DNA of 63,958 nt, counting the filler, from Folioceros fuciformis (lineage: Eukaryota), in assembly GCA_049999805.1 (NCBI GenBank). It is 6 parts of 6 records of this genome, joined end to end, with 100 filler letters (N's around TTAATTAATTAA, not from the genome) between each part and the next. Parts side by side here need not be neighbours in the genome. Positions count along the whole stretch, not along the records: positions 1 to 17,183 come from JBNGIO010006396.1; positions 17,284 to 23,908 come from JBNGIO010006400.1; 4 more parts are not named here. One strand, given 5' to 3'. Numbering within the stretch: position 1 is the stretch's first letter; each line of letters starts with the position of its first letter. The position numbers and the translations under genes were made by a program. Shown in pieces: positions 11,521 through 22,228 of this stretch. Below the pieces are notes generated by a model. It searched no databases and was not told the DNA's origin. It worked only from the letters and a program-made list of their open reading frames with translations.

Positions 11521-14500
11521 TTGGCTTTCCAACTGCTTACCAGAGGCACCCTTGCAGGCCTTGTAGCCATGGCTTGTCCAGCAGATGCAGTGCACCTACC
11601 TTTCCCTGGCTATCCTTGCCTACCTTTTAGGCTCGATGCAAGGGGGGGGGAGTATGCTGCTTGGCACCACTCTGTTTTTTCTGCATCGACCTTTTAGGTG
11701 GATGTGAGGCAAGAGCCATCAACCAAGGTGCCACTCACTGCTGAAATGTTCAACTGGCACATTGGACCACAGCTCGCTGATGAACAACAGAGTCAGATTC
11801 AAGCATTGATTCTCAAGTACAGTGATTGCTTCGCATTCTCCATGAAGGAGTTGAAACGCTGCAATGTCACAACCTTCAGGATCAACCTCACAAGCCCGGA
11901 GCCCATATATCACAGAAGGTATCGGCTGAGTCAATCTAAGTGGGAGATGGTGGATGCCAGGTGCAAGAAATTATGTGAGGCAGGGCTAATCAGACCTTAC
12001 AGTTCTGATTACGCTGCTGCGACTGTCATGCCGCCCAAGAAGGATAGCCATAGCTTATGGACGAAGAAGAGAATGTGTGGCGATTATCGTCCTATCAACG
12101 CCGTGACAGCCCAGGACAGGTACCTTATGCCTACACCGAAGGAGATCTTTGACAACATCGGCAGATCTGTCTACTTCTCCGTATTGGATCTAAGGCAAGG
12201 GTTCAACCAAGTGCCAGTGGCACCGGAGGACATAAAAAGGATAGCCTTCACGGATCACAGCAACTGTGGGAGTGGCTCATGATGCCGTTCAGCTTCAAGA
12301 ATGCTCCATTCACCTTCCAGAGGGTTATGGACATAGATTTGGCCAGGTTAGCCAACCTATTGTGCTACATAGATGACATCCTTGTGCACAGTGTGGTCTT
12401 TGAGTCGCATTTGGAACACTTGGAGGACCTTTCCCAGCACCTAAGGAAGGCTCATCTCAAGTGCCATCCAGCCAAATGTGAATTTGGTATGGATACAGTT
12501 GCATATTTAGGGCACAGGGTGGTTCCCAACGGCGTGATGCCACACTCAAATAAAGTGCAGGCCATTCTGCAGGTCAAGGAGCCTACTAACATCTTTGCCT
12601 TGCGAGCATTCCTTGGCCTTTGCAGTTATTATCGGATATATATCCAGAACTTCAGCCGTATTGCCAAGCCTCTCAACGACCTGCTCAGGAAGGATGTGGT
12701 ATGGACTTGGAATGAGGCTATGTAGGAGGCGTTTGATACCCTGAAATCCAGGTTGACCTCTGCACTTGTGATGGCCAGACCTGATTTCAAGCAGCCATTT
12801 GTGCTACACACAGACTGGAGCAGCTTAGGCCTTAGGGCAATTTTGGCTCAGCATGATGAAGAAGGGAATGAGAGAGTGATAGCCTATGCATCCTGTAGCA
12901 ACAACAAGGCGGAGGCCAATTACAGCAATTATGAAGGTGAATGCCTCGTGGCTGTTTGGGCCGTTTGCCACTTCCAACCTTATCTCTATGGACAGGCATT
13001 CAGGCTGGTGACGGACCACCAACCCCTCAATTGGCTCATGGCCAACACAAAGCTCAGCGGCAAGCTAGCTCGATGGGCCATGATTCTTCAGGATTATGAT
13101 TTCCAAGTGGTTTACAAACCAGGTCTAAAGCATCAGAATGCAGACACTCTCTCCAGGAATCCAGACAGCAACTGTCAGGACATCACCGAGGCAAGGCAGG
13201 ATTATGAGCCTTATGAACCATTCAAGGTCGCTGCTCTGGTGGCTATGGTGTGTGTCGACAGTGGCAGCACAGCTATACCCACCCGACTGGCTAAGGACAT
13301 TTGGGAGGATCCTTACACACTGCAGTATCTGCAAACAGGATAGCTAGATGCGACGTTGCCACCAACCACAGCTAAACAGGTCAAGCATCGTGCTGTCACA
13401 TATTACTGGCCGGATGGTTATGTTATTAGGAAGCTGGCACATGGCGTTGCACGCTTGGTGCCGCCACCAGTTGACAAAGCTGCACTAATTAGTAAGGTGC
13501 ACAATGATATGGGTCATTTTGGCGTCAAACGCACTTACAGCCTGCTAGCCCCTCATTTTTGTTGGCAATGGGATGCATGGTCATGTGCGTGACTGGGTTG
13601 CCTGCTGCGAGCCATGCGACAGGGCGAAGACTTCCTTCACCATCCGGCACCCGGAGCTACATCCTTTGCCTATCATGGGCCTCTTTTTCAAATGGTCATG
13701 TGACCTGATTGGGGAGCTGCCATGCATTGCACGTGGGAATGTGTACATGCTTGTCATGATGGAGCATTTCTCCAAGTGGGTGGAGGCTGTCGCGCTGCTT
13801 GACAAGATGTCCAGGAGCACCTCTCAAGCATTCTTGCAGGATGTACTCAGCCATTTCGGCAGCTGTGCAGAATGTTTAACTGACCAGGGGTCAGAATTCA
13901 GGGGTGAATTCCAAGATCTATAAGACGCAGCATTGATAGATCATCGCAGGACAAGCAGAGACCATCCCCAAGCTGATGGTCTTATAGAGCGAATGGTCCA
14001 GACACTCAAGAAGGGCTTGAGGAAGCTCTGTCTACAGATGCCTAAGCTTGAGTGGGATCTCGCCTTGCCCTACATCACAATGAGATACCGAATGAGTAAG
14101 CATGCCTCTTTGGCACACTTCTCACCGTATTTCCTACTTTTTGGCCGTGAGCCAATGCCAACTAGCTCCATCGCCAAGCAACTGTAGTAGGTGGTGGACT
14201 TAGATAGTCCAGTTGTATGGGCCAAAGTCATTGGGGAGAGGGCTACGATGTTTAGGCAGGTCATGCCCATGGCTATGGCACATTTGCACATCGCACAGCA
14301 CAAGGACACTCTTAGGTATGCCTATACCAGGAGCAGAAGTTTCAGGCCCAAACTCAAGAAGTTCCAATTTGGGGACTTTGTGTATTTGCAGCAACAGACT
14401 GGTGATACACTAGACTCCAGCACTAGCTGCCATGTGCTGTGGATCAGGGAAGATAGACATAATGGCGTGCTGCTACTACAGGGGCAAATGGCAGGACTAT

Positions 14501-14594
14501 TACAGATCACACCAAGAATTGTGCCCCCTGCCACCTACCCAACTTGGACCCCACCATTGTCACAGCCAATTGGGTCCCCCCGGAGGATTACCCT

Positions 14595-14729
14595 TGCCAG
14601 GTGTGTTGCAGGGTAGATGATGCAGAGCTCATACTGCTCTGTGATGGATGCAATGGCGGATTCCGTTTGTTTTGCTTGGATTCGCCGCTGACTGAGGTAC
14701 TTGAACAGTTATGGTATTGCCCCCAGTGT
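14595..14729 (+). other. PHD zinc finger at the C-terminus of the Gypsy integrase (degenerate copy)
   Basis: CQVCCRVDDAELILLCDGCNGGFRLFCLDSPLTEVLEQLWYCPQC has C4-H-C3 PHD spacing with the His replaced by Arg. Confidence 0.9.
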
Positions 14730-15049
14730 GCTGTTCCTACAGTTAGTTGAGGGCATGGGTACCCGGCGTGGATAAGCCCTTTCTTTTTGCTAGCTATTCT
14801 CGTCAGCTTGGGGGGGGGGGGGAGATGGGGGTTCCCCCGGGCTTCTTGTCGTGCAAGGCACACTGCAGACGGTCAAGCTGGTGATAAGTGTGGCAACCTC
14901 CAGCCGCGAGCATCAGCTGAATAACACAACACATACCAAAGAAAGTGGTAAGAAGGTTAGCATCACGCAAGGTGTTGAGCACTGGGAAAATGTGGAACCC
15001 CCATCTCGACATGGAATCTGCTCACACGCAGGTTTCTGGACGTTGGGGG

Positions 15050-15285
15050 TTACTCAACACTTGCTATCGAGCAATGGAAGCCCGTTGTCGAAGAAGAAGA
15101 CCAAGAACTCCCCTTGGCACAAGACTTTGAAAACTTGGAAAATGCCTTGCACATCATGCGCATGTAGATCTAAATAAAATGCCTTGTGCATCATGAGCAC
15201 GTAGGTCTGAATAAACTACCTTGCACACCATGAGTATGTAGGTCTGAATAAAATGCCTTGCACATCATGAGTACGTAGGTCTGAA
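15050..15285 (+). repeat. Second copy of the 8160-8358 repeat, including 36-bp tandem units
   Basis: Near-identical ttac.caacacttgctatcgagcaat...gaagaagaagaccaagaactccccttggcacaagactttg... followed by 36-bp units. Confidence 0.9.
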
Positions 15286-16515
15286 CGGCAAAGGGGATAA
15301 AGGTGTGTCCAACTTGTAGAAGGATGTACTTGTCAACAAAGTGAGTCCCACCCAAACCCAAAACCCAAAACCCTAAACCCTAAACCCTAAACAAGTGTGT
15401 ACTAAAGAGGCATAATGCTTTGGTAAAGATTGGAACAAAGGAGACTCAAAACACATATATATGTAATTGTGGAGATGTCAATCCTTCTAATCTACATATA
15501 TTTAATTTAATTAAAATATAAATTAATTCATCTTTAATCTATAATATATCAAGATCAACAAGTAGGGCAAATTTTGAGATTATGAATCCTACCCACAAAG
15601 CTTTCAAGGAGAAGATACTTAGCTAGAAAAACTAAGGACATTCCAAGTAACTAGAAAAATTAGCTTTAACATTGACACTAGAAATCATGACATAAACCAT
15701 GGGGGGGTTAGTATATAATGACATAGTGTGTGGTCTTCGTTCAATAGCCTAATACATTCACACATCACCCATGGCTTTGAAGGCTATCTGTTACAACTAA
15801 TGAAGGCTAAGGCTCGGCAAATAATTTTTGGTTATCTCCCTAGACCCTAAATCAAACCCTTAACCCAATAGGAAATCTTAGGGTTTAGGGTTTTTATATC
15901 TCTTATTCTCACAAACCTCAAATAGATAATACACTGAATTTGTTAAAGCTGGTTATTCCATGCAAGATATAGGAAAAGTTCTAACAAAATGTACAATTTT
16001 TGGTTTTCTAGAGCTCTCCCACTTGCATCGTACACTTGAAACTCCACTCCGCAGTCGGATGACCTTTTGGGATGGGAAGGACGAGCATGATTTCTTGGAG
16101 ATGGAGTTTGGAGCGTCCACAGCTATCGGGCTGTTTGTTTCCTCTGTCACATTGGTCTGTCGTGGCTTTCATGAGAAATACAGGAGCCAGTGGCCAGCTG
16201 GTGTGGCCAGCTTCCAGCCTTGTCGGTCGGTTCACCATGCAGACTACGCTCGACCGCGCACGTGCCCATTTTCACGACCCGAAACTCCTAAAGATAGCAA
16301 CGGTAACAGCTCGATCCTTGACCTGCCAAGCAGCAAGGAAATGAATCAGGCCGCCGCGAGGCCACCGATTTGTCGACAGTCCCGTTCTTGGAGCAGATCG
16401 GAGCGTCGCGGAGTGTGCTCTTTGCGCAATTCTGCTGTTTCGCACGGATTCTGGGGAGGAATTCGACTTCAGCCTGTCAGCGAGGGGGTCAGGAATCGAG
16501 AGGCGGATCGGGGAG

Positions 16516-17114
16516 ATGGTGAGGTTGTTGTGGAGGCTCGGGAAGGCGAGGGTGGGAGCATTCGAGCACGCAGGTGCAGGAGGCGGAGGCGGGAAGTGTG
16601 AGGAATCGGATGCTCACGCGCACGGTCTAGGTGAGGCCGGCTTGGTGTGGAATGGCTGGAATCCGTTCTTGCTTTTCTATGAGGGGATGGAGGAGGAGAA
16701 GGTTGTGGCGATCCGGGATTTGCTGACTGCGGCTGGAGATGGCACGTTCGGGGAGGAGAACATCATCGGATGGGGCAGGTTCAGCACGGTTTACAAGGCG
16801 CTTCTGGCGGATGGAACCGCGGTTGCTTTGAAACGGCTGAATCTTGGATCGTGGACGCTGTCGAGAGTGGGATTTTTGAAGCGGCTGCGGATCTTGATGA
16901 GCGTGGAGCATCCGAATCTGGTTCGGATCTTAGGTTGCGATGGGAGGAGGAAGGTGATGGTGTTGGATTACATGCCTAACTCTTGCCTTGCGAAGATACT
17001 GTGTTCGGGAGATTCGGCGGTGAAGAAGGCACGGGTGCTGGCGTGGGACAGGCGGCATAAGATTGCGCTCGGCGTGGCCTTAGGGCTGCAACATCTGCAC
17101 TGCGCGTACTCCCC
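16516..17114 (+). CDS. RLK/Pelle-family protein kinase, N-terminal part (truncated by gap/scaffold end)
   Basis: FGEENIIGWGRFSTVYKA, VALKRL, EHPNLVRILG, VLDYMPN and WDRRHKIALGVALGLQHLH correspond to subdomains I-VIa. The start codon is uncertain. Confidence 0.8.
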
Positions 17115-17183
17115 NNNNNNNNNNAGAAGGCGTTGTCTCCAAGTGAGCGGGGAAAATCCTTCTCTTTTCCCCTGGAGATGTTC

Positions 17184-17283
17184 NNNNNNNNNNNNNNNNN
17201 NNNNNNNNNNNNNNNNNNNNNNNNNNNTTAATTAATTAANNNNNNNNNNNNNNNNNNNNNNNNNNNNNNNNNNNNNNNNNNNN
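17184..17283. other. Artificial scaffold linker N44-TTAATTAATTAA-N44 (also 23909-24008, 30033-30132, 34750-34849, 61393-61492)
   Basis: Identical 100-nt spacer containing an all-frame stop cassette, present five times. Confidence 0.97.
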
Positions 17284-17311
17284 TGGTCTTGATGAGGTAC
17301 TCCTCCCTGAT

Positions 17312-20300
17312 GTGGCTTACCTGCAAGACTCCAACGAAATCTGGACACAACTACTGCAAACGTACGAGGCAAAGAACATACTTACGCAGTGTGCAATTCG
17401 TGGAGAACTGTTTTCAATGAGACTTAAAGAAGGCGAGAAGGTGGGACCTTTCGTCGTGAAGTTTCGGCAGTTGCGGGCCCAGCTCCTGAACTTAGGATCC
17501 CAGTTTCCTGAGTTGGATGCTGTTGCCCAACTCCTCACCTGCTTACCACCCAGCTACCAGACCTTCGTCTCCGGCTTTGGAGCTTCCATTCGCGCGGCAG
17601 ACAAGGCTGTAGCTGCTGGCAAGGCACCTCAAATCAGTCTTGTTGACGTGATTGGTGCTCTCCTGCAAGAGGAACAAAGCAGGCTTCATTCCACACCACA
17701 GGGTGGAAAAACGAAAACAGATAAGGTTCTTTATACTAAAGGGAACAAATTGCAGAAAGGACAGAAAGGTCGATCAGCTACTGGTGACTCACCTTCTGGT
17801 CCTTCCTCAAGCAAGCGGCCTGGATCATGCAACTGGTGTGGCATCCAGGGCCATTGGGAGAGAGACTGTAGAAAGAAGAAAGCCGGCGAAGCACGCAAGG
17901 TCGAGAAGCCCAAGCAGGCTGAGGCTCACGCTGTCGCTAAGCCTTCCTCAACTTCAAACAAACCTCCAGTCGTTATGACAGTTTGTTTTTCGTCTTCTGC
18001 AGGTCCTCCCTCCCCCCATAGTTGGTACTTAGACTCTGGAGCCACATCCCACATCTGTAATGACAGAGGTTTACTTAGTAACTACAGACCTTCCCGCACA
18101 TCAGATAAAGTCCTGTTGGGTGATGAACTTACCCGTACTGGTCTGCATATTGCTGGGTCTGGTACATGTCGTTTTCGGTTGCACGATGGGTCCATCCTCC
18201 ATCTTGACAACGTCCTGCATGTACCCCTCATGGCCAAGCACCTACTTTCAGTCAGTCAATTATTGTCTTCCAGAGAGTACGACCTCCTCTTCACTTCTCA
18301 CAGCTGTGCACTTAAGAAGCGAGGGGGGGATGGACAGGTCGTAGCTAAAGGACATCTCTTTCATGACTTGTACCAGCTTGATCTCACATGCATCCCTCCT
18401 GAGTCTGTGCATGCTACTCACTTATCACAGGCTGCCCAAGCCAGCTTATGGCATGCCAGATTAGGTCATGCTAATAGAGACAAGCTGTTAAAGATGTCTA
18501 ATTTGAACTGCTATAGAGAGCCCTTGCCGAAATGCTTTAAAGACTTACCTCTTTGTGATGCCTGCGTCATAGCCAAGCAAAAGGAACTTCCTTTTCCTAA
18601 ATCAGTGGCTCATCGAGCATCACAAGTATTAGAGTTAGTACATGCAGACATTTCAGGCAAGATTCATGTTCCCTCTCTAGGCGGTGCCCTATACTATCTT
18701 ACCATCACTGATGACTTTAGTCGCTACTCCTGGACTTACCCTATCCGGTTGAAGTCCGATACCTTTGAGGTATTTAAGGAATGGTTGGTGATGGCGGAGA
18801 GACAGACAGGGTGTTTGCTACAACAGCTGCGTACAGACAACGGGGGCGAATTTACTCATTCCCACTTCAACCAGTTTCTGCTGGACAGAGGTGTTGTACG
18901 GCAGCTAATCGTCCCTTATACTCAGCAGCACAACGGTGTTGCTGAACGTCGCAACCAGACCCTGCTGGGCATGACACGCAGCGTGTTAGAATGGGCAGGT
19001 TTAAGCAAAGCATACTGGGCTGAGGCAGTGGTCACAGCGACTTATCTGCTAAACAGGCTTCTCACAAGTGCTGTGGACGGAAAGACTCCATTTGAGGTGA
19101 TATGGCGTCGGAAGCCTAGTCTCCTGCATCTAAGGGTATTCGGCTCCCCAGCGTATGCTTACATCCCTGAAGAACGGCGGCTGAAGTTAGAAGACCGAGC
19201 ACGCCCACTTGTCTTCGTGGGATATGGAGAAGAAGCCAAAGCTTATAAGTTAATTGATCCACTTACCTTGACAGCAGTTTTTGCCAGAAGTGTGACTTTC
19301 AAGGAGCTTGTATGTCCCGCAAAGCCCTACTTCGATCACCTGTCCGACAACAGTGAAAGAGTTACTCATGTAGACTTGACAGACATGGAAGATTCATCTG
19401 AATTCCCACAAGATGACTTACCAGGCGTTGTGTTCATTGAGGCTCCTGAAGCTGTGCACAACCCTGGAGAGGGTCTCGCACATCCACAGGACGATGAGGC
19501 TGCACCAGATATTCAGGCTCCTGATCCAGCAGCTCATGGAGCACTCCCTGCCGACTTGACTCATGAAGATCAGTTTCCTGATGCAAATGATTTTCGGGAA
19601 CAGCCTGCAGCAGAGGACGAGGCTGCACATGACTTAGCTGCGGAAGATGTTTCTGTTCAATCTACAGATTCTGACTTACATGAGGATTTACCTGGTTCTG
19701 TTTCAGATGATGATGATCTAGCTGAAGTCCAGCCTGAAGCTATCCAGCCTGAAGAGCGTCGTTATCCTCAGCGTACCAGGAATCCACCTGTCCAGTGGAC
19801 AGAACCTCCATATGCTTCCATTGATTTTCGTCGCCCTCGAGCTGGAGTAGCCCTGCCAACACCCCAGTCTTCTGTCAGCAGTATCAAGCCTGAACCTCGA
19901 TCCTACCGCGAAGCTATTACCGGAGCTGACAAGGCCCATTGGATTCCCTCGATCAAGGACGAATACGACTCCTTAATCAAAAACAATACATGGGAATTAT
20001 GCTCCTTACCTAAAGGCCGGAAAGTTGTCAGCTGCAAGTGGGTCTTCAAGCACAAGTTGAATGCCCAGGGTGAGATTGCTCGCTACAAATCGAGGCTCGT
20101 GGCCAGGGGTTTCACCCAGATTCCAGGGATTGATTTTACAGAGACCTTCAGTCCCGTTGTGAAGACCCAGTCTATCCGTATGATTCTTGCTCTCGCTGCA
20201 GCAAACGCTTGGGACCTCCAGCAGATGGATGTCTGCACAACATTTTTATACGGTGAGCTGGAAGAGGACATATACATGTCCCAGCCTGAGGGTTTTATAG

Positions 20301-21472
20301 ACCCTGAGCACCCGGATTGGGTCTGCCATCTGAAGAAGACTATCTACGGGTTAAAGCAATCGGCACGAGAATGGTACAAAACAATTGACAAGTACCTTCG
20401 ATCCATCGGCTTCATTCAAAACCCTGGTGATGCAAACGTGTATTTTTACAGCAAGGCTGGTACCCTCGTGATTCTTGCCTTGTACGTCGACGATGCCATC
20501 CTCGCATCAAACGACCAAGGCTTGTTATCATGGGTTAAAGACATGCTTCGCCAGAAATTTGATATGAAAGATATTGGGGCACTTACCTTCGTTCTTGGTG
20601 TCCAACTTGTTCGTGACTTTGATGCTGGTTCCCTTATGCTTCATCAAGCGAAATACATCTCTGAGACTCTGCACCGTTTTCATCTGGACACTGCCAAACC
20701 TGTGTCCACTCCTGGTGTTGCAGGCCTGAAGTTGTCTCATGATCAGTGTCCACAGACAGATGAGGAGCGCCAGGCCATGGCTCAGGTTCCTTATCGCCAT
20801 GCTGTGGGCTGTCTCAACTACCTCAGTTGCTGGACAAGGCCAGACATTCAGTTTGCTGTGAGCTCTGTCTCCCAGTTTCTCGATAATCCTGGCCCTGCAC
20901 ACTGGAGTGCAGTTAAACGGGTCCTCAGATACCTAAAAGGTACTCAGCAATATGGCCTCTGCTTCAGGGGGCGAGGGCAAGCACCTACCTTGTGTGGGTA
21001 CGCTGATGCCGACTGGGCCACCGACCCAGATGCCAGAAGAAGCATCTCGGCATATTGCTTCACTTTGAATTCCACAGCTGTTCACTGGAGCTCGAAGAAG
21101 CAATCCTCAGTGGCCTTGTCCTCCACCGAAGCTGAATACAAAGCGCTGACGGAGAGCGCCAAAGAGGCTGTATGGGAACGCAGTTTTCTGTCAGGCCTTG
21201 GGTATCCACAGTCACAGCCTACTCCTATTTACTGTGACAACATGTCCACCATCGCGCTGACTGCCAACCCTCGTTTTCATGCGCGTACAAAGCACATTGA
21301 AGTGCATCATCATTTTATCCGACATTCTGTGGAACAGCGCCATGTGAGAATCCAGCATGTGTCGACAGACCTAAACACTGCCGACATTTTGACGAAGTAC
21401 CTTCCTGCTAGCAAGCACTATCAACACATGGAGGCTATGGGCGTACAGGCCTGCCCTGACTCCCAGACCTAA
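17312..21472 (+). CDS. Copia element A gag-pol polyprotein (uninterrupted; its N-terminus is at 23078 because the scaffold is permuted)
   Basis: 1386-aa ORF with CNWCGIQGHWERDC, WYLDSGAT, HADISG, RTDNGGEF, KSRLVARG, YVDD, YADADW and HARTKHIE. Confidence 0.97.
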   Translation: MAYLQDSNEIWTQLLQTYEAKNILTQCAIRGELFSMRLKEGEKVGPFVVKFRQLRAQLLNLGSQFPELDAVAQLLTCLPPSYQTFVSGFGASIRAADKAVAAGKAPQISLVDVIGALLQEEQSRLHSTPQGGKTKTDKVLYTKGNKLQKGQKGRSATGDSPSGPSSSKRPGSCNWCGIQGHWERDCRKKKAGEARKVEKPKQAEAHAVAKPSSTSNKPPVVMTVCFSSSAGPPSPHSWYLDSGATSHICNDRGLLSNYRPSRTSDKVLLGDELTRTGLHIAGSGTCRFRLHDGSILHLDNVLHVPLMAKHLLSVSQLLSSREYDLLFTSHSCALKKRGGDGQVVAKGHLFHDLYQLDLTCIPPESVHATHLSQAAQASLWHARLGHANRDKLLKMSNLNCYREPLPKCFKDLPLCDACVIAKQKELPFPKSVAHRASQVLELVHADISGKIHVPSLGGALYYLTITDDFSRYSWTYPIRLKSDTFEVFKEWLVMAERQTGCLLQQLRTDNGGEFTHSHFNQFLLDRGVVRQLIVPYTQQHNGVAERRNQTLLGMTRSVLEWAGLSKAYWAEAVVTATYLLNRLLTSAVDGKTPFEVIWRRKPSLLHLRVFGSPAYAYIPEERRLKLEDRARPLVFVGYGEEAKAYKLIDPLTLTAVFARSVTFKELVCPAKPYFDHLSDNSERVTHVDLTDMEDSSEFPQDDLPGVVFIEAPEAVHNPGEGLAHPQDDEAAPDIQAPDPAAHGALPADLTHEDQFPDANDFREQPAAEDEAAHDLAAEDVSVQSTDSDLHEDLPGSVSDDDDLAEVQPEAIQPEERRYPQRTRNPPVQWTEPPYASIDFRRPRAGVALPTPQSSVSSIKPEPRSYREAITGADKAHWIPSIKDEYDSLIKNNTWELCSLPKGRKVVSCKWVFKHKLNAQGEIARYKSRLVARGFTQIPGIDFTETFSPVVKTQSIRMILALAAANAWDLQQMDVCTTFLYGELEEDIYMSQPEGFIDPEHPDWVCHLKKTIYGLKQSAREWYKTIDKYLRSIGFIQNPGDANVYFYSKAGTLVILALYVDDAILASNDQGLLSWVKDMLRQKFDMKDIGALTFVLGVQLVRDFDAGSLMLHQAKYISETLHRFHLDTAKPVSTPGVAGLKLSHDQCPQTDEERQAMAQVPYRHAVGCLNYLSCWTRPDIQFAVSSVSQFLDNPGPAHWSAVKRVLRYLKGTQQYGLCFRGRGQAPTLCGYADADWATDPDARRSISAYCFTLNSTAVHWSSKKQSSVALSSTEAEYKALTESAKEAVWERSFLSGLGYPQSQPTPIYCDNMSTIALTANPRFHARTKHIEVHHHFIRHSVEQRHVRIQHVSTDLNTADILTKYLPASKHYQHMEAMGVQACPDSQT

Positions 21473-21523
21473 TCTCTATGGACTTCTGACCAGCTGCAGA
21501 TTATGGTGGATGAAGCAACAAGC

Positions 21524-21880
21524 TCACACATAATCGCATACTGCAGCTGCCAGAGTACTTAGCTGTTTTGTGGCAGCGGGCTTGCAGCGGCACACTTTGA
21601 ATTGCGCGCGTAACTCCTCTTCAGGATGCAGTGTTGGGATGGCGTCCAGCTTCTTTACAGTCAGCCAGAGTTGCAGCTGCCACTCCCAGCCAGCAATTTG
21701 CCATCGCTGTTCAGTTGTAAACGCGCTATATCTTGGGTGCTGGCCAGACATCTGTGCCTCCGCTCTTCGTGTCCTCCCTCGTTTGTTCCTTCTTTGCTCA
21801 TCGCGCCAGTGCTGGTATAAGAGGTAAACCGCAATTACGAAGGAGCACAGTGCGAGGCTTTGGGCTATGGAGCTTGGCAT
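21524..21880 (-). CDS. Antisense ORF in the 3' region of Copia A; small protein with an N-terminal hydrophobic helix
   Basis: 118 aa with an ATG start. LALCSFVIAVYLLY is followed by basic RRNKRGRTRR and FTTEQRW..WE.QLQ.WL. Homologue at 29420-29604. Confidence 0.55.
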   Translation of the reverse strand: MPSSIAQSLALCSFVIAVYLLYQHWRDEQRRNKRGRTRRAEAQMSGQHPRYSAFTTEQRWQIAGWEWQLQLWLTVKKLDAIPTLHPEEELRAQFKVCRCKPAATKQLSTLAAAVCDYV

Positions 21881-21929
21881 CGTCGCGCCGCCACACTTTA
21901 CTTCCCAGCGTGCTCCGTTTACGGGGGCG

Positions 21930-22084
21930 TGTTGGAGGAGAACCCCGTTGGGTTCTCCAATAAACGAAGCAGCTTATCCGTTATTTGAGATTATTTATGT
22001 GATAACTAGTTGAATAGTCGTGACCCTTGATAGTTTTTGCTATATAAGACATTTTGTATTCATAAAAAATTGCTTTTATCAACA
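21930..22084 (+). repeat. LTR of Copia A (155 bp, TGTTG...CAACA), preceded by a PPT and followed by a PBS
   Basis: PPT acgggggcg at 21921-21929; inverted termini; TGGTATCAGAGC at 22085-22096. Confidence 0.93.
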
Positions 22085-22228
22085 TGGTATCAGAGCACTG
22101 ATACATGATTTGCTTCTACTGTCTACATTAATGTATTTTGGCTATGGTAGATTCATATGCAAATCAAAGACTTCCGCTGCGCGGATCTGGCTGTCGCTAT
22201 GCAGCAGATCATGTCGCTCTAAGTAAAG

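Larger units (their letters stand above)
8359..14832 (+). mobile_element. Degenerate Ty3/Gypsy LTR retrotransposon: gag(CCHC)-[deletion]-DNMT-RT-RNaseH-IN-PHD
   Basis: Gag ERFSG...YLTNEALDLY and CNYCGSSEH; RT RMCGDYRPIN, LDLRQGFNQV, MPFSFKNAP, YIDD; RNaseH HTDWS...TDHQPL; IN HNDMGHFG, CEPC, TDQGSEF, PQADGLIER. G-rich PPT-like run at 14809-14832. The putative 5' LTR starts TGTCAC at 8359, but boundaries are uncertain and I see no matching 3' LTR. Confidence 0.92.

Noticed and set aside
8359-15044. DIRS-type element suggested by the inverted repeat and methyltransferase
   Set aside because: It has a DDE integrase in Gypsy order and no tyrosine recombinase, and the MTase is C5-type rather than DAM-like.
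15960-16601. 213-aa ORF upstream of the kinase
   Set aside because: No recognisable motifs; probably promoter/UTR sequence open by chance.
7217-17114. LRR fragment and kinase as one LRR-RLK split by insertions
   Set aside because: They lie on opposite strands and point away from each other.
17184-17283. Repeated palindromic TTAATTAATTAA motif
   Set aside because: It is always centred in 44+44 Ns, so it is an artificial concatenation linker. Adjacency across these linkers has no biological meaning.
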